From: Podarcis muralis
Lineage: Eukaryota
DNA length: 64,000 nt
Reading direction: 5' to 3'
Assembly: GCF_964188315.1 (NCBI RefSeq)
Contig: NC_135668.1
Span: 52,700,001-52,764,000, forward strand
The notes under the pieces are model-generated. The model saw only the letters and a list, made by a program, of their open reading frames with translations, had not been told where the DNA came from and made no database searches. This document shows, piece after piece, positions 12,849 through 23,993 of this stretch (positions within the stretch are counted from its first letter, which is position 1; the number at the start of each line of letters is the position of its first letter). The position numbers were made by a program, and so were the translations under genes.

Positions 12849-15800
12849 CTTACATTATTATATCTGTTAGATCTTTCAATGGTCTGATCCTGTTGATCAG
12901 AAGATGTGGGTGATGTGTCCTTAGAGATTGCTGTTCTCAAGTAGTTCCATTTGTTAATGGAAGGTTGGTTCCAGATGCTGCTGGTGGATGGGTGATTGGG
13001 ATATTCTCATGTAGAACCCTTCCGTGCTGTTTTAATTCCCTCATTCTGCATATGAAGCTGTTGAATGAGTTTCTGCAGTTTCTAGTGAGATGATCAGAAT
13101 TTTAATTTTGTTTTTGGTTATTTTGTCTTATGGTCATTTTAACACTTGGAATTTTTTGTCTAAATAATTTATTACACATAATTATCAATGTGTATACTCA
13201 GAAGAAAGTCTTATGGAGATCAATTGGGCTTTCTTCAACATAAGTGGGTATATGATTGCATATTTAATCATTTAATGTAGCTACAATAAAACATTATTCT
13301 TTTTATATTAAGGGGGGAAAGCCTTAGTATGAAGTATTTTTCATCCTGATCTATGCTATTTCATACTTCCTCCCCAAAAGTAGGGTATAGATATAGAAGC
13401 TGCAAATCAAAATGCACTTTGCTTCATTCTCTTGTACAATCAACATTTTTAACACATATACTCTGAGCTAGATTGCTACTCTGGCAAAAATTGCATCCCT
13501 TATTAGCAGTGTACCTAACAGTTGACATTTAAGTGTCCATTGGAGCCTCTCATCAAATATAAGGCTGTTAAAAGTGTTGAAGTCTCATCAGTGTCAGAGC
13601 AACAGACTGCATATTAGCACACCTGGTGTTAATTACATATGTACATAATCCACAGTATCTATAATGTGGAGCTGACTCTGGGATGGAGTCTCCAATAATG
13701 TCCTTTTTGGCTCTATTGCTGACACACAAGCAGCCACTGATGCTTTTGCTCAGCTGTTTGTTCCATGCTAGACTGGGAAAGTGCAGCTTTATGGCACAAG
13801 CAGGAGAGACATGGGATTGAGTTGTTTCTCCGCATTGTTCCACTGTGCATCATATAATGGGCCTTTGAGGGACACTGACACCTTATTAGTTGGTGGAGTC
13901 TGAAAAAGGACGTGATTAACACAGTCCTTTGCTGGATGTTTCTAGTAAAAAATATAAACACTGGATTATTTATTTTTATGTGGCAGCCCTCATCAGGGTT
14001 GATACAGCTGCAACTAAAACAAAATTCTAGTACTGGACTGGGAACTTTTTTTTTAAAAAAAGTGAAAATTTCCTTTGATCTAAAATCTGATAAAAAGTGT
14101 TGTTTGCAGAAGAAGCAGATTGGTAACCCCTATGCATGCTTATTCAGGTGTAAGTTGTTTGTAATGGCTGCGTGGTTTCTGAGATTTTAGCATGTAGTGT
14201 CCTATAATTTTAAATATGTTTTTATGTAACCTGCTTTGTTGGTATGGGTTCTGTAAATTAATTTAAAATGTCCCATTTAGTTCAAGGGATCTTTGTTCTG
14301 AGGTTTTTAAACTTCATAATTGGTGATTTTATCCTGCTATTTGTCATTGACAGCAATAAAATGACTTGACTTTACTCCCAGGTACATGTGTGTAAGACTG
14401 TAAGAAAAGTTTGTTATTTGGTCAAAGAACGGGCAACTTGTAGTATGAGATTCAGCATTCCTCTACTGTTCTGTAGCCTTTTGAGAATTTTCATTATTTT
14501 CTGTGGTCTAGAACTCTTTCGCTGTTGTATATGAATTCATCCCCTCAACCATATATAACGACAATCAATAACTGTTAACAATAAAAGGACACTTTTAATC
14601 TTTTCCCCTTGTGTACAGAGGAAGTAGAGTAGGAGGAAGAGGTTAGCTTTAGACTTGTATCTGCTCTAGCTTGTAATAAGAAGTCATGCTTTGCTATTCT
14701 TTCTGAATTGACTTAATAAGATGACTGGCAAGCACTTGGTACTTGCAATATATTATTAAAACATAATACATTAAAACATATTAAACTGCTTGTAGTTAGC
14801 TTTATGCCAATTCTTATTGACTTATGGTGCATGATTTACCGCTGATTTCTTGCTGTGAGCCTTCTAAAAATGCAAGGTTATTGTGGTTATTTTTTGCAGG
14901 TTTCTAGCTGGTGGAAATTCAATCTAATACAATACATATATTTACTGTAGTGTGGGATTCCTCTTGCAAGACATTTTAATATTGATGTAGAACCAGGATA
15001 CTGCAGTGTGTTGCTGCTATAGAACGAAGCATGTATGCAATTTTTAGCATTTTTTTAAATTGACAAATGTTTCCTGGATTTGTATAGGTATTTTCATGAA
15101 AGCATAGCATGAAAGTGTTTTACCTGTGAGTTACTTACCTGTGAGTGTGTATTTTCCAGCTGTGAATGTCCTGTGGGTTTGCTTATTAGGAATTGCCAGC
15201 ATCCTTTGGGTACTCAGAATTTTGATGTACACTATATCTCCCCAATTTTGCATAACACAGGCTGATAGCTGGCATTTGTAATAAAGGTTGGTGCACGTTA
15301 AAAGTGGTGTAGCAGGCCACCTAAGAGGTCCTGGAGAAGCTGTGATATACTTTTCTTCATTGCCTTCTCTGATTTAAAGTCAAGCTTGACTATTTCAGCA
15401 AAGGAAGTTGGCTGGTCAAGTTAAAATTAACCATTGTGCCGATAGGACCCCTTTACAAGCCTTGCTTGAATATCTGCCCTTAAGTAGCACTTAACAAATT
15501 CTGATTGAAAAAAGTAGTTGTACTCCTTAGTTGGAGCTACAGATGCTAAGCAAAAAAATGTGTAAAGAATATGTCCTGTAGTAGTCCAGTAGAGGGAGTC
15601 TAAATTCATTGAGGAAGCAAGAGAAAAACAGCCTAAGCTGCTTCCACAAGGTAAAAGGAGCAAGTCTCAGAGATTAATAAAGTCTCGTAAGGAATCTTTC
15701 TGTTTTGTATGAAAACCTCATTTTCCCTCTTTACCTTTTCCTTAGGAATGCTAAGAAACTCAAGAAGCAGCATTTAATTAAAATTTATCTGACAGTCTGT

Positions 15801-16088
15801 TTATGTTTGTGGTGTCCCCTTAATTCACTCTTGAAAAGCTTTCAAAATGTTAGTGTTACAAGAATTCTAAGGAATCAAATATAGAATAAATGTTCATAAA
15901 TGTATAAGGCAAACACACATACCTAAGTATGGTGCCTGAAATAGTAAGGAGAGCAATCCTGAAACCATTTTGACTCCCAAATTGACCTCAAATATTTCTC
16001 TGCATGGAGGAAGGAAATGGGAAAAGCTTTCCAATTGTCTTTGAACCGTAGGGACTTACACTTTCCTGCAAATACAGTCTGGCAAGTA

Positions 16089-16331
16089 CAGTGGTACCTT
16101 GGGTTAAGAAATTAATTTGTTCTGGAGGTCTGTTCTTAACCTGAAACTGCTCTTAACCCGAGGTACCACTTTAGCTAATGGGGCCTCCTGCTGCCGCAGC
16201 TCCACCATAGCACAATTTCTGTTCTCATCCTGAAGCAAAGTTCTTAACCCGAGGTACTATTTCTGGGTTAGCAGAGTCTGTAACCTGAAGTGTATTGTAA
16301 CCTGAAGCGTCTGTAACCCAAGGTACCACTG
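16089..16331. mobile_element. Tc1/mariner MITE, same family as 11189 in opposite orientation
   Basis: TIRs cagtggtaccttgggtta / taacccaaggtaccactg; TA TSD; internal sequence is the reverse complement of the 11189 copy. Confidence 0.9.
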
Positions 16332-16552
16332 TATCTGTGAAGCTGAACAAACTCTCAATATGTGCAAGAGATTCAGGAAGTAAAGTATTTACCATCTCAA
16401 AGGAATGGCCAGGCTACCCAGAACATGCAATCAAGTAAGGCATTATCAGGTATCCTGGCAGACAGGAGAGAAGCAACACTCAAATTTCTACTGGAGACCG
16501 CCTCCTTCTGTGATATATGTATGATGTTTTGTGGGGTTGTCTTGGGCTACAA

Positions 16553-16903
16553 GGGACGCGGGTGGCATTGTGGTCTAAACCACAGAGCCTAGGACTTGCC
16601 GATCAGAAGGTCGGCGGTTCGAATCCCCGTGATGGGGGAGCTGCCGTTGCTCGGTCCCTGCTCTTGCCAACCTAGCAGTTCGAAAGCACGTCAAAGTGCA
16701 AGTAGATAAATAGGTACCGCTCTGGTGGGAAGGTAAACAGTGTTTCTGTGTGCTGCTCTGGTTTGCCAGAAGCAGCTTAGCCATGCAGGCCACATGACCC
16801 ATACGCAGTACGCCAGCTCCCTGGCCAATAAAGTGAGATGAGCGCCGTAACCCCAGAGTCGTCTGCGACTGGACCTAATGGTCAGGGGTCCCTTTACCTT
16901 TAC
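16553..16903 (+). mobile_element. Sauria-type SINE, full length
   Basis: B box ggttcgaatcc; (tttacc)n tail; TSD cttgggctaca at 16541-16551 and 16904-16914. Confidence 0.95.
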
Positions 16904-19226
16904 CTTGGGCTACAGGGTGAGAAATTTCAAAAGTCTTTATAGGGGCTTGTGTACCATTGTTCTGGGTCTCTCCTACCTCCTTGTTACATAAAAAGTTCTG
17001 TCTTGTTTTCTGTGGCTCTTGCCTCCATCCATTCATCTCTGACCAATCATGTACTTAGTGGGCTCAGTCCCTTGGGGAGTTGGGCAGCAAAAGCCAGACC
17101 CCCTATTTTTTCTATGACATTAGCACCATATTGTTAGATTAAACCTTATGGCCCACTAGATATTACAAATAAATCTAAATAGATGAATACAACATTTAAG
17201 GCCCTTAATATAATTATATTTCTGCAGCCATTTCAGGAATTGAATTAGTGATATGCAGTGTTACTTCTTCAGTGTTTACAGAATATCCTTGCAAATCAAG
17301 GCCATAACTGTTTTAAGTATTTATCTCTTTCCTTTTCCATGGTTTTTAAATGTTCCTTTTAATGCTAGAGGATTGGTGTGGTCCCCTTCTGTAAGCTAAT
17401 TAGAAGTTCATATGTTGATTTTACTGTTCTGGAGTGCATTCCCCATACACAAACTGTGACATTGGAATCAATCTTAAGGGACCAACATCTACATATGTCA
17501 AATTCTATCACTTCCTCAGCCAGAGCTGTTACCTTTATTAGTTTGGAGTTCTCTTAAGAGCTGATAAAGCTCATGTTTCTTTCACTCTGGGCAAATAATA
17601 TAATGCTTTCCCAATACAATATCTAAGAAAGCTACTTGAATGATTTAACTTCATGAATAAACAGTTGTGACATGTTTGTACCCCAAATAACTAACTTACA
17701 TGGAATATCTTGTGGCCTAGTGTCAGAATTAGGATCTGTGTTCATAGGACTAAGAGACTAGCAACCTGGCATTTCATTTAGTCTTGCTATAATCTCAGTT
17801 TCATACTGTTTAACTGCCTTATAATCATATTTGAGTAAAGTTGATCCACAAAGCATGTATGAAATTTTAGCTAATAGTTTAAGGTGATGGTCAATATCTT
17901 TTCAACTTACTCTTGTGAAGCTTTTCAGTACATGCAAAATGAGAACACATGGTTTCTTACAACACAAAATAAATTGTTGAAAATAAGTCCACCTTTCAGC
18001 CTCCTATATTGGCCACCCTGATGCCCCTCAAAACTGATAGCCATCTCTTGTCACTTGCCTCTGGCAGCAGCCTAATAGACAATATTGTCTCTGAACATTA
18101 GGGTCCTATTTTTTGTATCTCAGCTATTGTTCGTGAATTTATTTATTTATTTTTAAAATCCTTGCATTATTTTTCAGTTGTACTTAGTCAAAATAAAGAC
18201 ACCAATACCTTGATCCAAAGATATTTATTTGCACGAATTAGGTTAAAATTGCATAGAATTCTATATATAACTCAAAGTGCTTCAGAAACTGTCCAGATGG
18301 CAGGAGAATCCCATGGTTCATTAATCACTAAACTGGAAGTGGAGAAATAGGTACCTCAAGGAAGAAGTGCCAACATATGTGGGGGCTTTGCATTAGAGTA
18401 AATAGCATTTATCTCTATTATATGGAACAATTATAAAAAGAAAGCATGTTGGAGAATAGGCAGAGGTGGTGTGTAAGCATTTGCAATATTTGTAAGATTA
18501 TAAAGTACAGAGAGAGAATAATTGTCTAGCACATTCTTTAGGTTTGAAACTAAAGTAATCAAAGAAAACTGGACATTAAAATGTGATGAATCAACAGTGA
18601 AGTACTTCATTCTATGAAACAGTCTCCCAAGGACAGTAGAAAAGACTAGAATGATTAATTTAAACCCAGGCTGAAGTTAAGTACAACAGAGAGCAATCCT
18701 GCACAAGTTTTAGATTGACAAGGTGACCCAATGGCTCTCCCATCTGTAATTGCTATTCCTTTAGTGACTTAGCCTAAATTAGGTCTGCAATAATCTGTGT
18801 GGAAAAGGAGAACTCCAAGCTGGTGCTTCTTGCTGTGAATACACAGAAATACTCTGACAGCATCTTGACAAAAATGTCTGAGGAGGCAGAATGAGACTCT
18901 GGTTCTGCAGTTCAAAGCATATCTTCAGAAAAAACTAGTGGCAATGATATATCCAATCAACTTAGAAGAATTTAAATATTTCCATATGGACTGTATCAGA
19001 GAGCACTAACAAAAATATTTAGCAAATGGAATGCAATGCTGCACTAATAGTTTATATTTTTCTGCCTAGTTATCCAAAAGTAGTATTTTCTAAATAAATT
19101 ATTTAATACTCATATTATTATAGGTACCTGTCATTGTATTTACATAATTAATAATTTTTTTGTACTTGAGTCTCTGTTTCTGCTGGAAGGCACTCAAAGT
19201 GTTTGCAAATTAAAAGCATAAATTTA

Positions 19227-19395
19227 CCGTATTTTTCGCTCTATAACACACACCCGACCATAACACGCACGTAGTTTTTAGAGGAGGAAAATCCGTAGGC
19301 ATGCCACCCGTAGGCATTCCCTCCATAACACGCACAGGCATTTCCCCTTACTTTTTAGGAGGAAAAAAGTGAGTGTTATGGTGCAAAAAATACGG
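19227..19395. mobile_element. TcMar-Tc2-like MITE
   Basis: TIRs ccgtatttttcgc / gcaaaaaatacgg flanked by TA; internal ataacacgcac repeats. Confidence 0.9.
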
Positions 19396-19889
19396 TATAT
19401 CAGAATCTCTATAGTGACATAGTACCTCTTCCTTCCACCATCTGATCAGCCACAAAGAGAAGTGATGAGGGTAATCTGGCTTCTCTTTTGAACATATAAT
19501 AAACACTTAAGCCATCAGAAAAAACAAAGGAGTAACCAAAACGATTAAGAGGTTGGAGTAACTGCTTTTTAAGGAAGATTACAATATTAATCATTTAGAG
19601 CAGGGATGGCCTGTCCTGGTTTGATGCTTGAGGTGAACTGGGAAGGTGCCGCCCAACATTGTCTGCTCCCCTTGACACCCCTGTGAAGCCTTGCTTACCA
19701 AGGTCGCATGGCTGCAGTTTCTAGTTCCAAGAAGATCTCATGGAAGCCTCTGTGTGATTCAATGGGGCTCTCCCAAGATCTTGCCAAACCTCAGAAGCCA
19801 TGGCAACTGTTCCTCCTTGCTTCTCCTGTAGTGGTGGGGTGAGGAGCATGTCTGTGCAGGTACCCCTTGGATTTTGTTGCCTCAGATGA

Positions 19890-20225
19890 GCTGGCGGTAG
19901 TTTAGAGACCAGTAAGAAGGCATGTGACATAGGTATGTAAATTATGAATGTTGTGTTCGAGAGAAGGTTTGTGCCCTCTCTCAAAAATACTAGAATAGGA
20001 TTTCCAATGAAGCTGAATTCTGGAAATTTCAGGACAGACAAAAGGAAAATATTCCTTCCCACAGTGCATAGTTTAACTAATGACTTTTTTCTACTAGTGG
20101 TAATGATAGCCACCAAATTGGATGGCTTTAAAAGAGGATCAGACAAGATCATTGAGGATAAGGCCACCAGGGGCTGTTAGGCAAGATGGCTATGCTCCAG
20201 CTTCACTGTTGGATGCAGTACGGTA
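19890..20225 (+). mobile_element. CR1 ORF2 C-terminus and 3' UTR fragment
   Basis: Translation ...KNTRIGFPMKLNSGNFRTDKRK...MIATKLDGFKRGSDKIIEDKA matches the CR1 ORF2 end. Confidence 0.85.
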
Positions 20226-20249
20226 GTAGGGCTGTTGTAACCTACCTTA

Positions 20250-20477
20250 GATTATTTATTTTATTGCATTTCTATCCCACCTTTTCTGCAAGGAGCTCAA
20301 GGTGGCATACATGGTTCTCCCCCTCCACATTTAAACCCCACAGCAACCCTGTCAGGTAGATTAGGTTGAGAGGCAGTGACTCACCCAAGGTCACCCAGTG
20401 AGCTTCATGACTAAATGGGAATTTGAACACTGGTCTCTGAGCTCCTAGTCTGATAGTGTAACCACTACACTATACTC
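20250..20477 (-). mobile_element. MIR-like CORE SINE
   Basis: Minus strand shows a tRNA-like head (tagtgtagtggtta...gttcaaattccc), CORE gtgaccttgggtgagtcac and an AATAAAT-rich tail. Confidence 0.8.
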
Positions 20478-20599
20478 TTGATCTAGATCAGATTGTGACT
20501 TGGTAATGAATCACACCCCCCAGTTGAAGACCAAATGCCTTAGAGTACATCAACCCTTGTGAATATATATAAGACCATCTCAAATAGCTTCATGAACCT

Positions 20600-20860
20600 G
20601 ATGATGTTGCCCATTGTATACAAAACTTGGTGTTGTAATAAATTAGACAATGCACCATCAGATCTAGGGATTCCTGTGGATGTGAAGAGTTCTCATGTAG
20701 GCAGAAACATTTACCATTCTGTTCTGTATCAAATAGAGATCTGTTTGCATCTCCATTCCAGACGCTGACAGTTCTCCTGTATGAATTGTGTTTGTGGACT
20801 AGTGTTCCATTGGACATAGTTTCAAGGCTTTTGTCTTCTCTTAAGATTAGTGTGATCAAA
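20600..20860 (-). mobile_element. decayed LINE ORF2 C-terminal (Cys/His) fragment
   Basis: ...GKCFC...ESLDLMVHCLIY resembles the CxC..E...H....C..Y end also seen in the 40.2-41.6 kb LINE. Confidence 0.45.
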
Positions 20861-20964
20861 TATTTGACTGGAACTGAAGGGTTAGAACAGAGAATCCTTT
20901 TTCTATCAGACTCTTCCTATCCAACCATCCCCAGCATAAAAAATAAATCAATTGGCAGTCTGTA

Positions 20965-21105
20965 CACACACAAGGAGTATTTCTTCACACAGCATGTAAT
21001 TATAGAATCCGTTGCCTCAGGGTGTTGTGATAGCTGTTAGCATATGTGGCTTTTAAAAAGCTTAGACAAATTAATGGAAGATGCTCTGTCAATGGCTATT
21101 AACCA
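20965..21105 (+). mobile_element. CR1 ORF2 3' fragment
   Basis: gagtatttcttcacacagc...ggcttttaaaaagcttagacaaattaatggaagat corresponds to YFFTQ..GFKK.LDK.MED. Confidence 0.7.
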
Positions 21106-21303
21106 TAAATAAATAATGGCTGAGAAGACCCCCCCCCCCTCCTGGTACATTTCTGATTATTCTAATAAACAAAAGACCAGGAGTCCATGAATACAGTCAC
21201 TGGTGGCTACTAGCAATTTAATTTTGGAGACTAGCAGAGAGATAACTCAGAGTTTATCCACACCTACCTTTTACCCTACACTTGTCAGGCTCAGGTCTCT
21301 GTG

Positions 21304-21504
21304 TTAAAGCTCTGTGTCTGAGCACTATTTTTCCACTCTGGAGCTTTCCTCGTGAAAACCCGCTCTTTAAAGCTGAAGTGCAATGAATGGCAATTCAGGT
21401 TTTCTGTGGGTTGCCATTTGCTCCAATTCAGCAGTAAAGAGTGGGTTTTTGCAATGAAAGCTTCAGGGTGAAAAAAAAAAGAGCACTTGAACACAGAGCT
21501 TTAA
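21304..21504. repeat. 201-bp imperfect inverted repeat (fold-back)
   Basis: Arms 21304-21393 and 21411-21504 match at 69 of 90 aligned columns by hand alignment, with a perfect outer 14 bp; 17-nt loop. Confidence 0.9.
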
Positions 21505-22075
21505 AGCATGGACTGTGCCTGGAAAGTGTGGAAGAAAGATAAGTATGGTTAAACCCACAGTATGTTCTGCCACAGGAATAATGTCTAACAATAGTCTGTG
21601 TCTTGTGCTGCGAGGAAATATTAGGGTCAGAGGCTGAAGGGGAAGTGTTATTACAAACACACATATCTCCCACCCGTTCACTGGTCCTGAAATCATGATA
21701 ATCAGGCGATGGTTACAAGCAGGATGGCCTCAGTTTGCATCTGTGAAGCAAGAAACCTGTCTGGCTACCAAGTGCAGCAAGATTTGTGGATCTCTGAAAC
21801 TGAATTTGGTTTTTTCCATGATACCCTGATTGTGCAGTTTCCAGGGACTTCTGATTGATGACGGCTGTTGTAGAAGGAATGTTATGCACTTCTGTTCTGA
21901 TCTGCTGCAAACATTTCATTACCATTTGGAAAAAAAATGCTCAGGAGACTAACACTGGATTGTCATAAAGCAAATTTTGTGTAAATGGAATTTTGGGCTG
22001 TCTGCCTTTTAGCATGGGCATTTCAAGACAAATATGCTATTCCAGAAAGTTGGACAAATGTTTCTCTCTCTTCAG

Positions 22076-22126
22076 TATGGATTGTGCCAACAAGGAGGCA
22101 ACTAAATAAATGTTAGGTCCTTGAAA
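22076..22126 (+). other. candidate 51-nt non-coding or poison exon
   Basis: tttctctctcttcag acceptor and AAA|gtaagt donor; stop codons in all three frames. Confidence 0.25.
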
Positions 22127-23253
22127 GTAAGTAGTGAATTCTTTCTGCCCATCTCATCTTCTGAAAGGTTTGTGTTTTCAAACAACTGAAGAAAGTCCTT
22201 CCCTCAAAACCTTGTTAGATGTACAAATGCAAATGTTTACAGATGAGTGCAAACTCTTGGCTTTCTACATCTGGGGAAGTCGATGTATTAACAACATGTG
22301 GTTGTATAGGTAATGAGGTATGAAAATCAGAGTTTGCCTCTGGTCAAGTTTATGACAACAGCAACATCAGGAAGATCCTAGCATATACTTAACAGATGTG
22401 GTCCACAGATTTGTGTGAGGGTCTGCTCCCCCCCCCCCTGCAATGGGACTCAGGAGTGGTTGTGCATGCCTCGAATGTGCGCAGATGGGGAGTTGCCTGT
22501 AATTGTTTAGTTTATATATGCGTTACTGAATTAAAAGCATTGAGCGTTGACTGTCAGGAAATAATGTGCAGGAATTACCTCAAATAAGCACACTAATCCA
22601 AAGCATGCGTTAGAACAAGAGGAGACTGTGGTCACTTTGCTCCTTCACAGTCACTACACTGCTGCTGTGCTGAGCAAAACCATAGTTTGGCTTAGGATGT
22701 TGTCCAAATCTAGCCTCATGGTTTAGCTCTCTCTAGGTTATTATTATCATTGTCATTATTCTCATTATTAATTTTTTTATACTATCCAGGGGTTCCAGAT
22801 GCTTACCCATGGTTTGACTTCCTTGGAATGAGGGATAGCGCTGACTGTGGTGTCTTTAGGAATTATGGTTTATTTGCATACATATATACAACCTGAGCCT
22901 ATGATGGAGGGGCTCACAGCATTAACACCTCATAAGGTCTTTCTTCTCCCATAGCCACAGCAACGGATTTCAGCTGAAATTAAGCATGTCTCTCCTCTGG
23001 CTTCTGCCTGCTTCTAGCCCAGCACACACACCACTCTGGCTTTTGTCTTTCTCACTAACATCCATTTGCCCTCTGGCACAGAGCAGATTCCTTTGTCAGA
23101 GTAGGGACCCATGTTGAAGTAAGAGTAGTGAAAACGCAGCTAAGCAGCTCAAGTCATATACATGACTGACACCCTTCTCTGGAAATTAAACCATTGTCTA
23201 GACTTTAACTTTCAAAAACATTACTTGCAGAAACTTATAGTTATACAGTCGTA

Positions 23254-23993
23254 CAGAGCCGTCTTTCCCATAGGGGTTAGTGGTGCATTGTGCCAGGGCA
23301 CTGGCCTCTAAGGGGCGTCCCAGCAAGTGGGGGAGCTGTGCGGCTTTGCCGGCGGCCTCCCCTTTCCCTGCATGCCCACCAGCTGCATCCTGCCAACCAT
23401 AAAGCTGGCGGGCATGCAGCTTCCCTCCCAAGACTCCTTGGGAGGAGAGCGATCCTCGTAGAGGCTTGGGAGTGAGGTTGTGCCCCTCCCAAGCCTCCTC
23501 GGGAGGAGAGCGATCCCCGCAGAGGCTTAGGGTGGAAGCTGCGCCCCACCAAGCATATGGCTGGCGGGCGCGCAGCTTCCCTCCCAAGCTTCTGCGGGGA
23601 TTGCTCTCCTCCCAAGGAGGCTTGGGAAGGAAGCTGCGCTCTTCTCTCATGGAGGCTTGGGAGAGGCACAACTTCACTTCCAAGCCCCTGCGAGGTTTGC
23701 TCTCCTCCCGAGGAGGCTTGGGAGGGAAGCTGCGCTCTCCTCTCGTGGAGGCTTGGGAGGGGCGCAACTTCACTCCCAAGCCTCTGCGAGGATCGCTCTC
23801 CTCCCAAGGAGGCTTGGGAGGGGCGTAACTTCACTCCAAGGCCTCTGTGGGGATCGCTGTCCTGCAGCAGCATGGGGGAGAGCTGCGCCTTCCCATGGCT
23901 GGCAGTGCGCAACTACGGCCACCCCAACACTATCTGTAGTAATTTGGGGCGCTGGGCGGATATTTGCACCCCGGCGCTGCATCTGCTAAAGAC
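23254..23993. mobile_element. hAT-like MITE containing a GC-rich minisatellite
   Basis: Left end cagagccgtcttt; right end ...gctaaagac has only part of the expected aaagacggctctg; internal repeat array at 23427-23860. Confidence 0.7.
23427..23860. repeat. head-to-head arrays of a ~45-bp unit (cccaagcctctgcgaggatcgctctcctcccgaggaggcttggga)
   Basis: Inverted copies at 23427 and 23488; direct copies at 23583, 23679, 23775 and a partial copy at 23835. Confidence 0.9.

Noticed and set aside
23427-23860. Palindromic repeats with spacers resembling a CRISPR array
   Set aside because: The context is eukaryotic, the linkers are themselves repeated, orientations are mixed and there are no cas genes.
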